Positions 42,076 through 52,186 of a stretch of 64,000 bases of DNA are shown here, piece after piece. The notes under the pieces were generated by a model that had not been told where the DNA came from, made no database searches, and saw nothing but the letters and a program-made list of their open reading frames with translations. Numbering within the stretch: position 1 is the stretch's first letter; every line of letters starts with the position of its first letter. The position numbers were made by a program, and so were the translations under genes. The DNA comes from Escherichia phage BF15, in the sequence record MW822007.1. One strand, 5' to 3'.

Positions 42076-42732
42076 ATGGCTGATTTAAAAGTAGGTTCAA
42101 CAACTGGAGGCTCTGTCATTTGGCATCAAGGAAATTTTCCATTGAATCCAGCCGGTGACGATGTACTCTATAAATCATTTAAAATATATTCAGAATACAA
42201 TAAACCACAAGCTGCTGATAACGATTTCGTTTCTAAAGCTAATGGTGGTACTTATTTAAATAGAGTAATTTTTAATAATGGAATAACGATTCCATTAGCA
42301 AGTAATTCTGGAAATGGTATATATCCTGGTAATGATGATGGAGCAACATTTGATACTACAAATATGGATATTGTTTCGTGGTATGGTATTGGTTTTAAAT
42401 CATCACAAGGTTCAGCAGACCGAACTGTTGTAATTAACACTCGAAATGGAGATATTAGCTCAAAGGGCGTAATTGAAGCATCACAAATCCGTGTAACTTC
42501 GTTATCACCAGTAAATAATTATGACCTTACACGGAAAGATTATGTTGATGGAGCAATAAATATTGTTACAGCAAACGCAAACTCTAGGGTATTACGCTCT
42601 GGAGACACTATGACAGGAAATTTAACTGCGCCAAACCTTTTTTCACAGAATCCCGCATCTCAACCTTCACATGTTCCACGATTTGACCAAATCGTGATTA
42701 AGGATTCTGTTCAAGATTTCGGCTATTATTAA
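42076..42732 (+). CDS. 36: Long tail fibre distal connector gp36
   Basis: 218 aa; synteny. Confidence 0.9.
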   Translation: MADLKVGSTTGGSVIWHQGNFPLNPAGDDVLYKSFKIYSEYNKPQAADNDFVSKANGGTYLNRVIFNNGITIPLASNSGNGIYPGNDDGATFDTTNMDIVSWYGIGFKSSQGSADRTVVINTRNGDISSKGVIEASQIRVTSLSPVNNYDLTRKDYVDGAINIVTANANSRVLRSGDTMTGNLTAPNLFSQNPASQPSHVPRFDQIVIKDSVQDFGYY

Positions 42733-42740
42733 GAGGACTT

Positions 42741-45700
42741 ATGGCTACTTTAAAACAAATACAATTTAAAAGAAGCAAAACTGCAGGAGCACGTCCTGCC
42801 GCTTCAGTATTAGCCGAAGGTGAATTGGCTATAAACTTAAAAGACCGTGTACTTTTTACTAAAGATGACCAAGGAAATATTATCGATCTGGGTTTTGCTA
42901 AAGGCGGTAGTATTGACGGGAATGTTATTCATACAGGCAATTATAACCAAACTGGCGATTATACTTTAAATGGCACCTTCACTCAGACTGGTAATTTTAA
43001 TTTAACTGGTATTGCTCGAGTAACTCGCGATATTATTGCCGCTGGGCAGATTATGACTGAAGGCGGAGAACTTATTACAAAAAGTTCAGGTACAGCGCAT
43101 GTTCGTTTTTTCGATAACAATAGTCGCGAACGTGGAATCATTTATGCCCCGGCTAATGATGGTTTAACTACACAAGTACTTAATATCAGGGTTCAAGACT
43201 ACGCCGCTGGTGATGAAAGCACCTATGCATTTTCGGGCAGTGGCCTATTTACTTCACCTGAAGTATCAGCATGGAAATCTATTTCGTCTCCACAAATTCT
43301 GACCGATAAAGTTATTACAAATGGGAAGAAGACAGGCGATTATGATATATCTTCATTAGCAAATAATAATTCTGATACAGATAAAAACTATTTGCGCATT
43401 GTACGTACCGACCCAGCGGCCGCAATGCTCCATGAAATTTGCGAAAATAACGGCATCAGTTGGTATTCCGGTTCAACCCCTACTGATTACATGTTGTCTT
43501 TTGCTTATTCAGGTGGTTTTCAAGCTGGGCATTCGATTGCAGTAGGTATGGAATCAGGGCCTATAACATATTCAGCCTTAGGTAAAGGTTCTATTGCTCT
43601 TGGCGATAATGACACCGGGCTAAAATGGCATCAGGATGGATATTTTTTTACGGTAAGCAACGGTACAAAAACTTTCCTTTCTGGTCCGGCGGAAACCACT
43701 AGCCTTAGAAAAATGGTTATGGGTTATTCTGTAAATGGTACTGATTTGACTACTCCTCCAACTGAAAATTATGCTCTTGCAACTGTAGTTACTTACCATG
43801 ATAATAACGCGTATGGTGACGGTCAGACTCTTTTAGGATATTATCAAGGTGGTAATTACCACCACTATTTCCGTGGTAAAGGCACTACAAATATTAACAC
43901 TGCAGGCGGATTGTTAGTTACTCCAGGCAATATTGACGTTATTGGTGGTTCTGTTAATATCGATGGTAGAAATAATTCTTCTACGCTGATGTTTAGAGGT
44001 AACACAACAGGATACAGCTCAGTTGATAATATGGATATTAAAGTTTGGGGTAATACTTTTGTTGATCCAAGCGAAGGCACCCGTAAAAATATCATGGAAA
44101 TTTCTGATGCAACTAGTTGGATGAGCTATATTCAAAGACTTACAACAGGTGAAGTAGAAATGAACGTTAACGGTTCATTTGAATCATCTGGTGTTACTGC
44201 TGGAAATAGAGGAGTTCACACAACAGGCGAAATTTCATCTGGAGCAGTGAATGCGCTTCGCATTTGGAACGCAGATTATGGAGCTATTTTTAGACGTTCA
44301 GAAGGTAGTCTTCATATTATTCCAACTGCTTATGGTGAAGGTAAACATGGTGATATCGGTCCACTTCGCCCGTTTAGTATGGCTTTAGATACTGGTAAAG
44401 TTACTATTCCAGATTTACAATCAAGTTACAATACGTTTGCAGCAAACGGTTATATTAAATTTACTGGTCACGGCGCAGGCGCGGGCGGTTATGATATTCA
44501 ATATGTTCAAGCAGCTCCTGTTTTCCAAGAAATCGATGATGATGCTATAAGCAAATATTATCCTATTGTTAAACAGAAGTTTTTAAACGGTAAAGCCGTT
44601 TGGTCTTTAGGTACTGAAATTAATTCGGGTACATTTGTTTTACACCATATCAAAGAAGATGGATCACAAGGACATACATCTCGTTTTAATCAAGACGGTA
44701 CGGTTAATTTCCCTGATAATGTTCAGGTTGGTGGTGGTGAAGCTACTATTGCTCGCAACGGTAACATCTGGTCTGATATCTGGAAAACGTTTACTTCAGC
44801 AGGAGACACCACAAATATTCGCGATGCAATAGCTACCCGTGTTTCTAAAGAAGGCGACACGATGACCGGCACTCTTTGGATTAATAAAGATGCTGCTGGA
44901 ATAGTTCTTAATCCTCCTTTGGCCAGTGATTCATCATTTATTCGTTCCGATACGGCCGGGGTAAATAATTGGTATATTGGTAAAGGCGGTGCCGACAATG
45001 GTCTAGGTTTTTACAGTTATGTTACACAAGGCGGTGTATATATAACAAATAACGGAGAAATATCACTTTCTCCTCAAGGCCAAGGAACATTTAATTTTAA
45101 TAGAGACCGCCTCCATATAAACGGTACACAATGGACCGCACACCAGGGAGGTGGTTGGGGAAATCAATGGAATCAAGAAGCACCGGTATTTGTAGATTTT
45201 GGTAATGTTGGTAATGATAGTTATTATCCTATTATTAAAGGAAAATCCGGTATTACTAATGAAGGATACGTATCTGGTGTAGATTTTGGTATGCGACGCA
45301 TTACTAATACATGGGCACAAGGTATTATTCGTGTAGGTAATCAGGAAAATGGTTATGACCCACAAGCTGTATATGAATTCCATCATAACGGTACTTTTTA
45401 TGCTCCAAGCTTACTTAAGAGCAGTAGAGTATCAGCTGGTGGTGGTGACCCAGCATGGGGCAGTCCTTGTATTGTATTAGGTGACAATGATACCGGATTT
45501 CTTTGGGAAGCAGATGGTATTTTCAACGCATATGCAAACGGCCAAGGCGTATTCAGTTTTAGAGCTGGTCTCGCACAAACGTTCGGTAACGTTAACTTCC
45601 ACTGTAACGCCGGTATGTATGTTCGTGATAACATTGATGTTAACGATGTTTATATCCGTTCTGATATTCGTTGTAAGTCAGAAATTAAGCTTATTAAGAA

Positions 45701-45980
45701 CGCTCAAGAGAAATCTAAACTCTTAGGCGGCTATACTTATCTGCTTAAAAACCCTGTTACAGACGAAGTTAAACCGTCTGCAGGTTTAATTGCTCAGGAA
45801 GTTCAAGAAGTATTACCTGAACTTGTTTCTGAAGATAAAGAGACCGGCTTACTTCGTTTAAACTATAACGGTATTATCGGTTTAAATACTGCTACTATCA
45901 ACGAGCATACTGACGAAATCAAGGAATTGAAATCTGAAATTGCTGAGTTGAAAGCATTAATTAAATCATTGATAAAATAA
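42741..45980 (+). CDS. 37: Long tail fibre distal subunit gp37 with C-terminal intramolecular chaperone domain
   Basis: 1079 aa; the C-terminal ~106 aa from SDIRCKSEIK...GLIAQEVQEVLPELV... plus terminal coiled coil resemble S74-type auto-cleaving chaperone domains. Confidence 0.9.
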   Translation: MATLKQIQFKRSKTAGARPAASVLAEGELAINLKDRVLFTKDDQGNIIDLGFAKGGSIDGNVIHTGNYNQTGDYTLNGTFTQTGNFNLTGIARVTRDIIAAGQIMTEGGELITKSSGTAHVRFFDNNSRERGIIYAPANDGLTTQVLNIRVQDYAAGDESTYAFSGSGLFTSPEVSAWKSISSPQILTDKVITNGKKTGDYDISSLANNNSDTDKNYLRIVRTDPAAAMLHEICENNGISWYSGSTPTDYMLSFAYSGGFQAGHSIAVGMESGPITYSALGKGSIALGDNDTGLKWHQDGYFFTVSNGTKTFLSGPAETTSLRKMVMGYSVNGTDLTTPPTENYALATVVTYHDNNAYGDGQTLLGYYQGGNYHHYFRGKGTTNINTAGGLLVTPGNIDVIGGSVNIDGRNNSSTLMFRGNTTGYSSVDNMDIKVWGNTFVDPSEGTRKNIMEISDATSWMSYIQRLTTGEVEMNVNGSFESSGVTAGNRGVHTTGEISSGAVNALRIWNADYGAIFRRSEGSLHIIPTAYGEGKHGDIGPLRPFSMALDTGKVTIPDLQSSYNTFAANGYIKFTGHGAGAGGYDIQYVQAAPVFQEIDDDAISKYYPIVKQKFLNGKAVWSLGTEINSGTFVLHHIKEDGSQGHTSRFNQDGTVNFPDNVQVGGGEATIARNGNIWSDIWKTFTSAGDTTNIRDAIATRVSKEGDTMTGTLWINKDAAGIVLNPPLASDSSFIRSDTAGVNNWYIGKGGADNGLGFYSYVTQGGVYITNNGEISLSPQGQGTFNFNRDRLHINGTQWTAHQGGGWGNQWNQEAPVFVDFGNVGNDSYYPIIKGKSGITNEGYVSGVDFGMRRITNTWAQGIIRVGNQENGYDPQAVYEFHHNGTFYAPSLLKSSRVSAGGGDPAWGSPCIVLGDNDTGFLWEADGIFNAYANGQGVFSFRAGLAQTFGNVNFHCNAGMYVRDNIDVNDVYIRSDIRCKSEIKLIKNAQEKSKLLGGYTYLLKNPVTDEVKPSAGLIAQEVQEVLPELVSEDKETGLLRLNYNGIIGLNTATINEHTDEIKELKSEIAELKALIKSLIK

Positions 45981-46010
45981 TAAAAGGGCCTTCGGGCCCT
46001 GGAGGTTTAT

Positions 46011-46790
46011 ATGGCAGTAGTAGGAATCCCTGGTTGGATTGGGACTTCAGCCGTCGCTGAAACAGGCCAACGTTGGATGACAGCAGCTTCTAGAGAATTG
46101 CGTCTTGGTAACCCATCTTGGATGTCCCAATTCGCAGGCCGCTCAAGAGAAATTATTCACACACTTGGAGCAGACCATAACTTCAATGGTCAATGGTTCC
46201 GAGATAGATGTTTTGAGGCAGGTAGTGCACCTATAGTGTTTAATATTACAGGTGATTTAGTATCATATTCTAAAGATGTTCCTTTATTTTTCATGTATGG
46301 AGATACACCGAATGAATATGTTCAGTTGAATATACACGGCGTAACGATGTATGGACGTGGCGGTAATGGCGGTAGCAATAGTCCTGGCTCAGCTGGAGGT
46401 CATTGTATTCAAAACGATATTGGTGGGAGACTAAGAATTAATAATGGTGGAGCTATTGCAGGCGGCGGTGGCGGCGGTGGCGGCGGTAACAGGGGTAGAC
46501 TAGTATTTGGTGGCGGCGGTGGTCGTCCATTTGGTGCTGGTGGGTCTTCCTCTCATATGAGTGCTGGTGCAACCGCTGGCACCATTTACGCTCCGGGTGC
46601 AGGATCTGTCGGTGAGGGGTCTCTTAGTGCATATACAGGCGGGTCTGGTGGTGAAGTAGGTTCCGCGGGAGGTAGATGTAATACTCACGGTGCCGGTACA
46701 GAATATAACGGCGGAGCTGCTGGTTATGCTGTTATAGGGTCTGCTCCAACGTGGATAAATGTTGGAGCAATATATGGTCCAAGAGTATAA
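46011..46790 (+). CDS. 38: Receptor-recognising adhesin gp38 (T2-type, glycine-rich)
   Basis: 259 aa; multiple poly-Gly blocks ([21 protein letters not shown]) alternating with variable segments. Confidence 0.85.
   Translation: MAVVGIPGWIGTSAVAETGQRWMTAASRELRLGNPSWMSQFAGRSREIIHTLGADHNFNGQWFRDRCFEAGSAPIVFNITGDLVSYSKDVPLFFMYGDTPNEYVQLNIHGVTMYGRGGNGGSNSPGSAGGHCIQNDIGGRLRINNGGAIAGGGGGGGGGNRGRLVFGGGGGRPFGAGGSSSHMSAGATAGTIYAPGAGSVGEGSLSAYTGGSGGEVGSAGGRCNTHGAGTEYNGGAAGYAVIGSAPTWINVGAIYGPRV
46461..46487 (+). repeat. Coding trinucleotide repeat (GGCGGCGGT)x3 inside gene 38
   Basis: Direct tandem repeat encoding a Gly9 run. Confidence 0.7.
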
Positions 46791-46820
46791 TTTGAATAAA
46801 TATCCTTAAAAGGAGGGTCT

Positions 46821-47477
46821 ATGGCAGCACCTAGAATATCATTTTCGCCCTCTGATATTCTGTTTGGTGTTCTAGATCGCTTGTTCAAAGATAACGCTAC
46901 CGGGAAAGTTCTTGCTTCCCGGGTAGCTGTCGTAATTCTTTTATTTATGATGGCGATTGTTTGGTATAGGGGAGATAGTTTCTTTGAGTACTATAAGCAA
47001 TCAAAGTATGAAACATACAGTGAAATTATTGAAAAGGAAAGAAATGCACGCTTTGAATCTGTCGCCCTGGAACAACTCCAGATAGTTCATATATCATCTG
47101 AGGCAGACTTTAGTGCGGTGTATTCTTTCCGCCCTAAAAACTTAAACTATTTTGTTGATATTATAGCATACGAAGGAAAATTACCTTCAACAATAAGTGA
47201 AAAATCACTTGGAGGATATCCTGTTGATAAAACTATGGATGAATATACAGTTCATTTAAATGGACGTCATTATTATTCCAACTCAAAATTTGCTTTTTTA
47301 CCAACTAAAAAGCCTACTCCCGAAATAAACTACATGTACAGTTGTCCATATTTTAATTTGGATAATATCTATGCTGGAACGATAACCATGTACTGGTATA
47401 GAAATGATCATATAAGTAATGACCGCCTTGAATCAATATGTTCTCAGGCGGCCAGAATATTAGGAAGGGCTAAATAA
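46821..47477 (+). CDS. t: Holin T
   Basis: 218 aa as in T4; single N-terminal TM segment. Confidence 0.9.
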   Translation: MAAPRISFSPSDILFGVLDRLFKDNATGKVLASRVAVVILLFMMAIVWYRGDSFFEYYKQSKYETYSEIIEKERNARFESVALEQLQIVHISSEADFSAVYSFRPKNLNYFVDIIAYEGKLPSTISEKSLGGYPVDKTMDEYTVHLNGRHYYSNSKFAFLPTKKPTPEINYMYSCPYFNLDNIYAGTITMYWYRNDHISNDRLESICSQAARILGRAK

Positions 47478-47750
47478 TTATTTGTTTGTATACATCTCTA
47501 GATATCGATATACACCCTCAAAACCCTCGTTGAATTCGTCGATGAGGGTTTTCTTATCTTCTTGGGTTAATTCAGAAACAATTTTACGGAATGAATTCTG
47601 ATTTAACTTTCTACCTTCATGCGTTACTCCAATCTCATTCAGAAATGCAATAAAATTAGCACGATTCTCAACAATATCTTCTCTGGAAAATTTAATCAAA
47701 ATAGACGCAACAGTAATAATTTCACGAACTGTATCAATGTTTTTATTCAT
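47478..47750 (-). CDS. asiA: Anti-sigma70 factor AsiA
   Basis: 90 aa; MNKNIDTVREIITVASILIKFSREDIVENRANFIAFLNEIG... Confidence 0.9.
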   Translation of the reverse strand: MNKNIDTVREIITVASILIKFSREDIVENRANFIAFLNEIGVTHEGRKLNQNSFRKIVSELTQEDKKTLIDEFNEGFEGVYRYLEMYTNK

Positions 47751-47782
47751 TAACTATACCACTCAATTAGTTGACTTTATTA

Positions 47783-47812
47783 TAATATCATCAGACACTT
47801 GATTTGTAAACT
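47783..47812 (-). promoter_or_regulatory. T4-type early promoter for asiA
   Basis: Minus strand GTTTACAAATCAAGTGTCTGATGATATTAT. Confidence 0.6.
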
Positions 47813-47911
47813 GGTCTGTGTTATTTTCTTCAAAAATTTTTTCTACGAATTCTTTGAACGACTCACGTTCCTGAGCTACATTATGCTCGATTACCTTTTC
47901 AAGATTATGAC

Positions 47912-48190
47912 TCATTCGAAATAATCTTCAATTTCGTAATCATGGACATAAATCATTATAGCTTTTAATACATCATCAATACTTTTTCCTGGAGCTGGAA
48001 TTACGTAAAAATACCCCGCCTTTGAGTTATCTTTATAAGTTCCAACCAAGAAATCATTATTCTCAAGATGTAGTTCTTCAACTAATTCATCGACAATTGA
48101 GTGGTATAAATTTGGTAGAAACTTATATAGCTTTTCTAGAATATCAATTTTGATTGTATATTGAACCACAGATTGAGAATCAATAATCAT
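47912..48190 (-). CDS. arn: Probable Arn anti-restriction protein (acidic, 92 aa)
   Basis: 92 aa as in T4 Arn; acidic; between motA and asiA. Confidence 0.6.
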   Translation of the reverse strand: MIIDSQSVVQYTIKIDILEKLYKFLPNLYHSIVDELVEELHLENNDFLVGTYKDNSKAGYFYVIPAPGKSIDDVLKAIMIYVHDYEIEDYFE

Positions 48191-48273
48191 AGACCTTCCC
48201 CTTATGTTTCTGTTTGCGATTAGATTCTTTAAACGCTTTCTTCTTATCTTTATGAACAGAAGCTTTATTAAAA

Positions 48274-48492
48274 TTATGTTTTGCGACTAAATTGTTCATA
48301 GTGCTGAATTACCTCTCTTAAACATTTGCATGTGAATGAAAACTTTTTAGCTACACCACATTCAAATATATGTTCTCTTAAATCACGTGTATCAGTATAT
48401 CCCATCTCAACAATAAAATGCCGTATTAGATTTTTATCTTTATCGTTGAGGGAATTAAAATAATCGGATTTTGAATTAATTTCCCTGGCCAA
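48274..48492 (-). CDS. Hypothetical protein
   Basis: 72-aa track ORF. Confidence 0.5.
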   Translation of the reverse strand: MAREINSKSDYFNSLNDKDKNLIRHFIVEMGYTDTRDLREHIFECGVAKKFSFTCKCLREVIQHYEQFSRKT

Positions 48493-48772
48493 ATTGAATC
48501 GCCTTCAGTTGACGTTTTAGTTCTTTTATCATTTCTTCGTTCATCGCAATATAAAGATCACGTAAAGCAGGTTTTAGCATTCCATTTACTGGAGAACTAA
48601 ATGGACATACATAATCTTTTCCTACAAGCTTTTTAGTTAATTCCATGTCACAAAACTGAAATGCTGGTTCATTGGCATAAATTCCCCAATTGGTTGACAT
48701 CATTTTATTGGCATATTCCAATGCCTGGATTTGATTAGTAATTCCATCAATTTGAAACTTTTTAATATTCAT
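48476..48772 (-). CDS. Hypothetical protein
   Basis: 98-aa track ORF. Confidence 0.5.
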   Translation of the reverse strand: MNIKKFQIDGITNQIQALEYANKMMSTNWGIYANEPAFQFCDMELTKKLVGKDYVCPFSSPVNGMLKPALRDLYIAMNEEMIKELKRQLKAIQFGQGN

Positions 48773-49233
48773 TAGTAAAGGTCCTCAGAGTAAAGTTCTT
48801 TTTCACTACCACCACGTTCAATACGTACTTGTCCAGCGTAAGTTGCAATAATCATTGCTTCTTCACGTGTCCAATAATTACTATATTGGTCAATAAACCC
48901 TTGATCATCATCACAAACTTGCTGAGTAACTAATTGAGGTTTAACTACATCTAAAACTGCTGCCATATCTTTAGAATAATGACGAGCACCTGGAATAACA
49001 AGAGTTCGTCCATCTTTTAATTTAAAACGGTTGGCTGCGCAAACAATCCGTCGTTGGTACTTTTGGTTTTCATCCCAGTATGCGGTTTGCCAACAAATTT
49101 CCGGAACTTCTGCAAGAATATCTTCTTCTGTGCATTTATAACCATGTGCTTTAAATTTTTGAACAAGACTTTCTGGAGTTTCACGAGATAAAGGAACATT
49201 CAGCATTTTTAAACGATTAATAAATGGATTCAT
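48772..49233 (-). CDS. Hypothetical protein
   Basis: 153-aa track ORF. Confidence 0.55.
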   Translation of the reverse strand: MNPFINRLKMLNVPLSRETPESLVQKFKAHGYKCTEEDILAEVPEICWQTAYWDENQKYQRRIVCAANRFKLKDGRTLVIPGARHYSKDMAAVLDVVKPQLVTQQVCDDDQGFIDQYSNYWTREEAMIIATYAGQVRIERGGSEKELYSEDLY

Positions 49234-49559
49234 TTAAACCATCCTTTAATACGTTGCCACAAAGTTTTCTGTTGAGCTTTGTTAACACCAATTGAGCGAA
49301 TAACCGGTTGAGATTCCTGGAATTCTTTATAATCGGCAAGGTAAATTTCGTAAGCTGAATCTGTAAAGGAACTTATAGCTGCCATGAAATTATTGCGAAT
49401 GCCTACTGGAGCATCTTTACTTTCACGAATAATCATGTATTTACCAGTCTTAATCTTTACGATAGTTCCAAGATAAGCTCCATGATACCAGATGTCCCAC
49501 CCCTCTTGAGTGGGTTCTGCACAACGACGAAGTTCATTGACAATTTCTAACTTGTTCAT
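49230..49559 (-). CDS. Hypothetical protein
   Basis: 109-aa track ORF. Confidence 0.55.
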   Translation of the reverse strand: MNKLEIVNELRRCAEPTQEGWDIWYHGAYLGTIVKIKTGKYMIIRESKDAPVGIRNNFMAAISSFTDSAYEIYLADYKEFQESQPVIRSIGVNKAQQKTLWQRIKGWFK

Positions 49560-49569
49560 TATTTATTCC

Positions 49570-50205
49570 TCATAGTTCAGATGCTACAGTGATTACAGCT
49601 TCAATGTTTTCTGCTGAGCGTTTAATGTCAAGATACACATTACCGTTTTTAGCGATTTTACATGACATTCCGATGTCAGTAAATTTCTGAATATGATGTT
49701 CCATCATTTTGTATCCAAAAATTCGCATATTTCCATTGTTGTTAATTTCAAAATTACGAATTCCGTGAGTGCGTTTTTCTAAAATAGCGAGATAGTTACT
49801 GCGATAAGTTTCAACCTTTTTAAGAACAAATCCATTTTCATCTAAAAGTTTTAACATGAAGTCTTTATCTTCTTCCATATCAGAAGTAATCTCACGAGCT
49901 TTACGAGTTGCTCGTTTTTTCAGCAGTTCCGGAGCGTTTTCCTGTGCGTATAAAGTTGCTGCATTTGAAATAATATCCTGAGCTTCACCAGTAATGATTA
50001 ATCCATCACCAGATTTCTCCACCAGGCCTTTTTTAATCAATACCCCAATATTACTATTAACTACTGCGTTACCTAAATCTGGATGCACCTCACGAACTTC
50101 TGCAGCTGTAATGAAATCTTTCTTAGCAATGGTAATTAAAATCGCAGCAGTTTTTTCATTCAGAACATCGTTAGAAGCTTTGATGATGTAAGTTACTTTA
50201 GACAT
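49570..50205 (-). CDS. motA: Middle transcription activator MotA
   Basis: 211 aa as in T4; MSKVTYIIKASNDVLNEKTAAILITIAKKDF... Confidence 0.9.
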   Translation of the reverse strand: MSKVTYIIKASNDVLNEKTAAILITIAKKDFITAAEVREVHPDLGNAVVNSNIGVLIKKGLVEKSGDGLIITGEAQDIISNAATLYAQENAPELLKKRATRKAREITSDMEEDKDFMLKLLDENGFVLKKVETYRSNYLAILEKRTHGIRNFEINNNGNMRIFGYKMMEHHIQKFTDIGMSCKIAKNGNVYLDIKRSAENIEAVITVASEL

Positions 50206-50246
50206 TTTCTAATCTCCGTAATTCTGTATCAGTAGTTGATAGTTGT

Positions 50247-50276
50247 ATAGTACCACAGTATGCTTTGGTTGTAAAC
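50247..50276 (-). promoter_or_regulatory. T4-type early promoter for motA
   Basis: Minus strand GTTTACAACCAAAGCATACTGTGGTACTAT. Confidence 0.6.
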
Positions 50277-50302
50277 CGTTTTGTGAAAAAATTTTAAAAT
50301 AA

Positions 50303-50327
50303 AAAGGGAGAGCCGAGGCTCTCCCTA
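50303..50327 (-). terminator. Rho-independent terminator (minus strand)
   Basis: GGGAGAGC-CGAG-GCTCTCCC hairpin then TTTTTATTTT. Confidence 0.6.
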
Positions 50328-50330
50328 AAA

Positions 50331-50480
50331 TTACTGCATGACTGTGATAACTGTCATGATAACACGTTGAATGCCGAACGCAAGAAGACCTCCTGCTACG
50401 GCTGGAACAACACCTAACCCCGCCAGTAAAATGCTACCAGATACTAACGCCGCGCTTGTAATACCAATGAATGGACTCAT
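50331..50480 (-). CDS. Small hydrophobic membrane protein (about 49 aa), below track cutoff
   Basis: Hand-translated MSPFIGITSAALVSGSILLAGLGVVPAVAGGLLAFGIQRVIMTVITVMQ; ATGA-coupled to the gene 52 stop. Confidence 0.5.
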   Translation of the reverse strand: MSPFIGITSAALVSGSILLAGLGVVPAVAGGLLAFGIQRVIMTVITVMQ

Positions 50481-51805
50481 TTGATTTCCTCTAAATCTTT
50501 GGTGTATTCGGTAACTACATCAGTAGTTTTCCAATATTCGTTTTCTTCTTTCTTAGCTTTAGCTTCTTCAGCAAGTTTCTTTGCTTCGTCGGAAGTCATA
50601 TGAAAAATATTCATTCCGACTAGTTTATCGACATAAGAAGAATACATCTCAATTTTAGAAAGTTCTTCGGTCAGTTCTTTGCGAGTTTTACCCTGCACAA
50701 CAATTTCACCTGAAATTACTTTCTTAATGAAATGTGCCTTGGCAAAGGCTAAACGAAATGCTGATTCAGTTTCTTTGATTTTGTTATCAATTCGCTTTTG
50801 GACATAAGTTTTACGAACTTCAACGAAGTCTTTAATTAAATCAACTACGTTATCGTAAACTTGTAACTTTCCTTTCTCGTTGATGACTGTAATATTTTGG
50901 GAACGACGCTCAATCAACCCAAAGTCTTTCATAATTTTTGCATGGCGTTCTTCTTCGTTATCGCTCAAAGAATATTCTTTGCGGAATTTAACTTTGAAGC
51001 CAAAACCATGCTCACCGCAAGCATCATCCCATGTAATGAAGCCCTTATCTTCAAGCGGGTCTAAGATTTTACTCACATAAGTTTCACGATCATACTTATA
51101 CGGAATCTCAGTGATATTCATTTGAGTTCGTGAAGTAAACTTATATGTTCCACGAATTTCATATTGCCCGTCAATCTCAACGACTTCACCACGAAATTCT
51201 GGGAATTCTACCTTCGGTTTAGTTACTTTCTTTCCTTGAAGAGCTTGTAGTACAGCTTTCTTGACAGAAGAAACACTATGAGGAAGAATGTAAGTTGCAT
51301 AACCAGTTGCAATACCGGAAACACCATTAAGAAGAACAGTAGGAATAATAGGCAAATAGAAAGCAGGAGGAATGTGTTCTTTATCTTGATGTACCGGAGC
51401 ATATTCAGTATCTTTATATACGTTATAGAAATTTTTACTTACACGAGCAAAAATATAACGGCTTGCCGCTGCTTTTTGAACGGTACGAGAACCAAAGTTT
51501 CCTTGACCATCTAACAAAGGAAAGTTATTATTCCAAGTGTTAGCCATCAAAGCCCCCGCATCTTGTGCAGAGTTTTCGCCATGATGATATCCAAGGTCAG
51601 CTACACCACCTGCAATAGAAGCGAGTTTGTGAAACTTATCTTTATTTCCCCGTGCCAAATCAAGAGCTCGAGCGATAACAAATCGTTGAACTGGCTTAAA
51701 TCCATCAATCATATTTGGAATAGCACGATTTTCAACCGTGTACATAGCATAAGCCAATGCTTCATTATCAATGATACTTTTTAAATCGCGATTATTCAGT
51801 TGCAT
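50477..51805 (-). CDS. 52: DNA topoisomerase II medium subunit gp52
   Basis: 442 aa as in T4; breakage-reunion domain. Confidence 0.95.
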   Translation of the reverse strand: MQLNNRDLKSIIDNEALAYAMYTVENRAIPNMIDGFKPVQRFVIARALDLARGNKDKFHKLASIAGGVADLGYHHGENSAQDAGALMANTWNNNFPLLDGQGNFGSRTVQKAAASRYIFARVSKNFYNVYKDTEYAPVHQDKEHIPPAFYLPIIPTVLLNGVSGIATGYATYILPHSVSSVKKAVLQALQGKKVTKPKVEFPEFRGEVVEIDGQYEIRGTYKFTSRTQMNITEIPYKYDRETYVSKILDPLEDKGFITWDDACGEHGFGFKVKFRKEYSLSDNEEERHAKIMKDFGLIERRSQNITVINEKGKLQVYDNVVDLIKDFVEVRKTYVQKRIDNKIKETESAFRLAFAKAHFIKKVISGEIVVQGKTRKELTEELSKIEMYSSYVDKLVGMNIFHMTSDEAKKLAEEAKAKKEENEYWKTTDVVTEYTKDLEEIK

Positions 51806-51809
51806 AAAT

Positions 51810-51950
51810 TTACCATACTAGTGAATGTAGTGCCATAATAACATCAGAAATGAAAAGCACGACTTGAATTAATCCGAACATTACTCCATAATATAGTGCT
51901 ACCAATAAAGCAGCAAGGGCTACCGAGTAGCCCAAGATTTTCTTAATCAT
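51810..51950 (-). CDS. Small hydrophobic protein (about 46 aa), below track cutoff
   Basis: Hand-translated MIKKILGYSVALAALLVALYYGVMFGLIQVV... Confidence 0.45.
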   Translation of the reverse strand: MIKKILGYSVALAALLVALYYGVMFGLIQVVLFISDVIMALHSLVW

Positions 51951-52098
51951 TAGATAACAACGCAAATGTTAAATATGCACACATACCCTGAGCTAAAGCT
52001 TGCGAAAACACACTGCTAGCATCTATACAGATAGTTAAAACACATGCTACTATCCAACAAATAAATGAAATAACTCCTAATAATTTTGCAATATTCAT
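51943..52098 (-). CDS. ac: Small membrane protein, probable Ac (51 aa)
   Basis: Hand-translated MNIAKLLGVISFICWIVACVLTIC...; position between 52 and stp as in T4. Confidence 0.5.
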   Translation of the reverse strand: MNIAKLLGVISFICWIVACVLTICIDASSVFSQALAQGMCAYLTFALLSND

Positions 52099-52105
52099 AT
52101 TTTCC

Positions 52106-52186
52106 TCACTGGCGTCCGAAGACGCCTTTAGTTTTAAGATTATTACGATAGAACTGCATCACGTGTTCGTTGTGGAAATTACTCAT
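52106..52186 (-). CDS. stp: Stp peptide (26 aa), activator of the host PrrC anticodon nuclease
   Basis: Hand-translated [26 protein letters not shown], matching recalled T4 Stp; TAATG coupling to the ndd stop. Confidence 0.7.

Noticed and set aside
46461-46487. Tandem repeat (GGCGGCGGT)x3 as a possible CRISPR or VNTR element
   Set aside because: It encodes the poly-glycine block of gp38 and has no spacer-repeat periodicity; no CRISPR array exists in the window.
47764-47915. 44-aa minus-strand ORF between arn and asiA
   Set aside because: Its 3' end overlaps the asiA promoter and the product is not recognisable; left unannotated pending conservation evidence.
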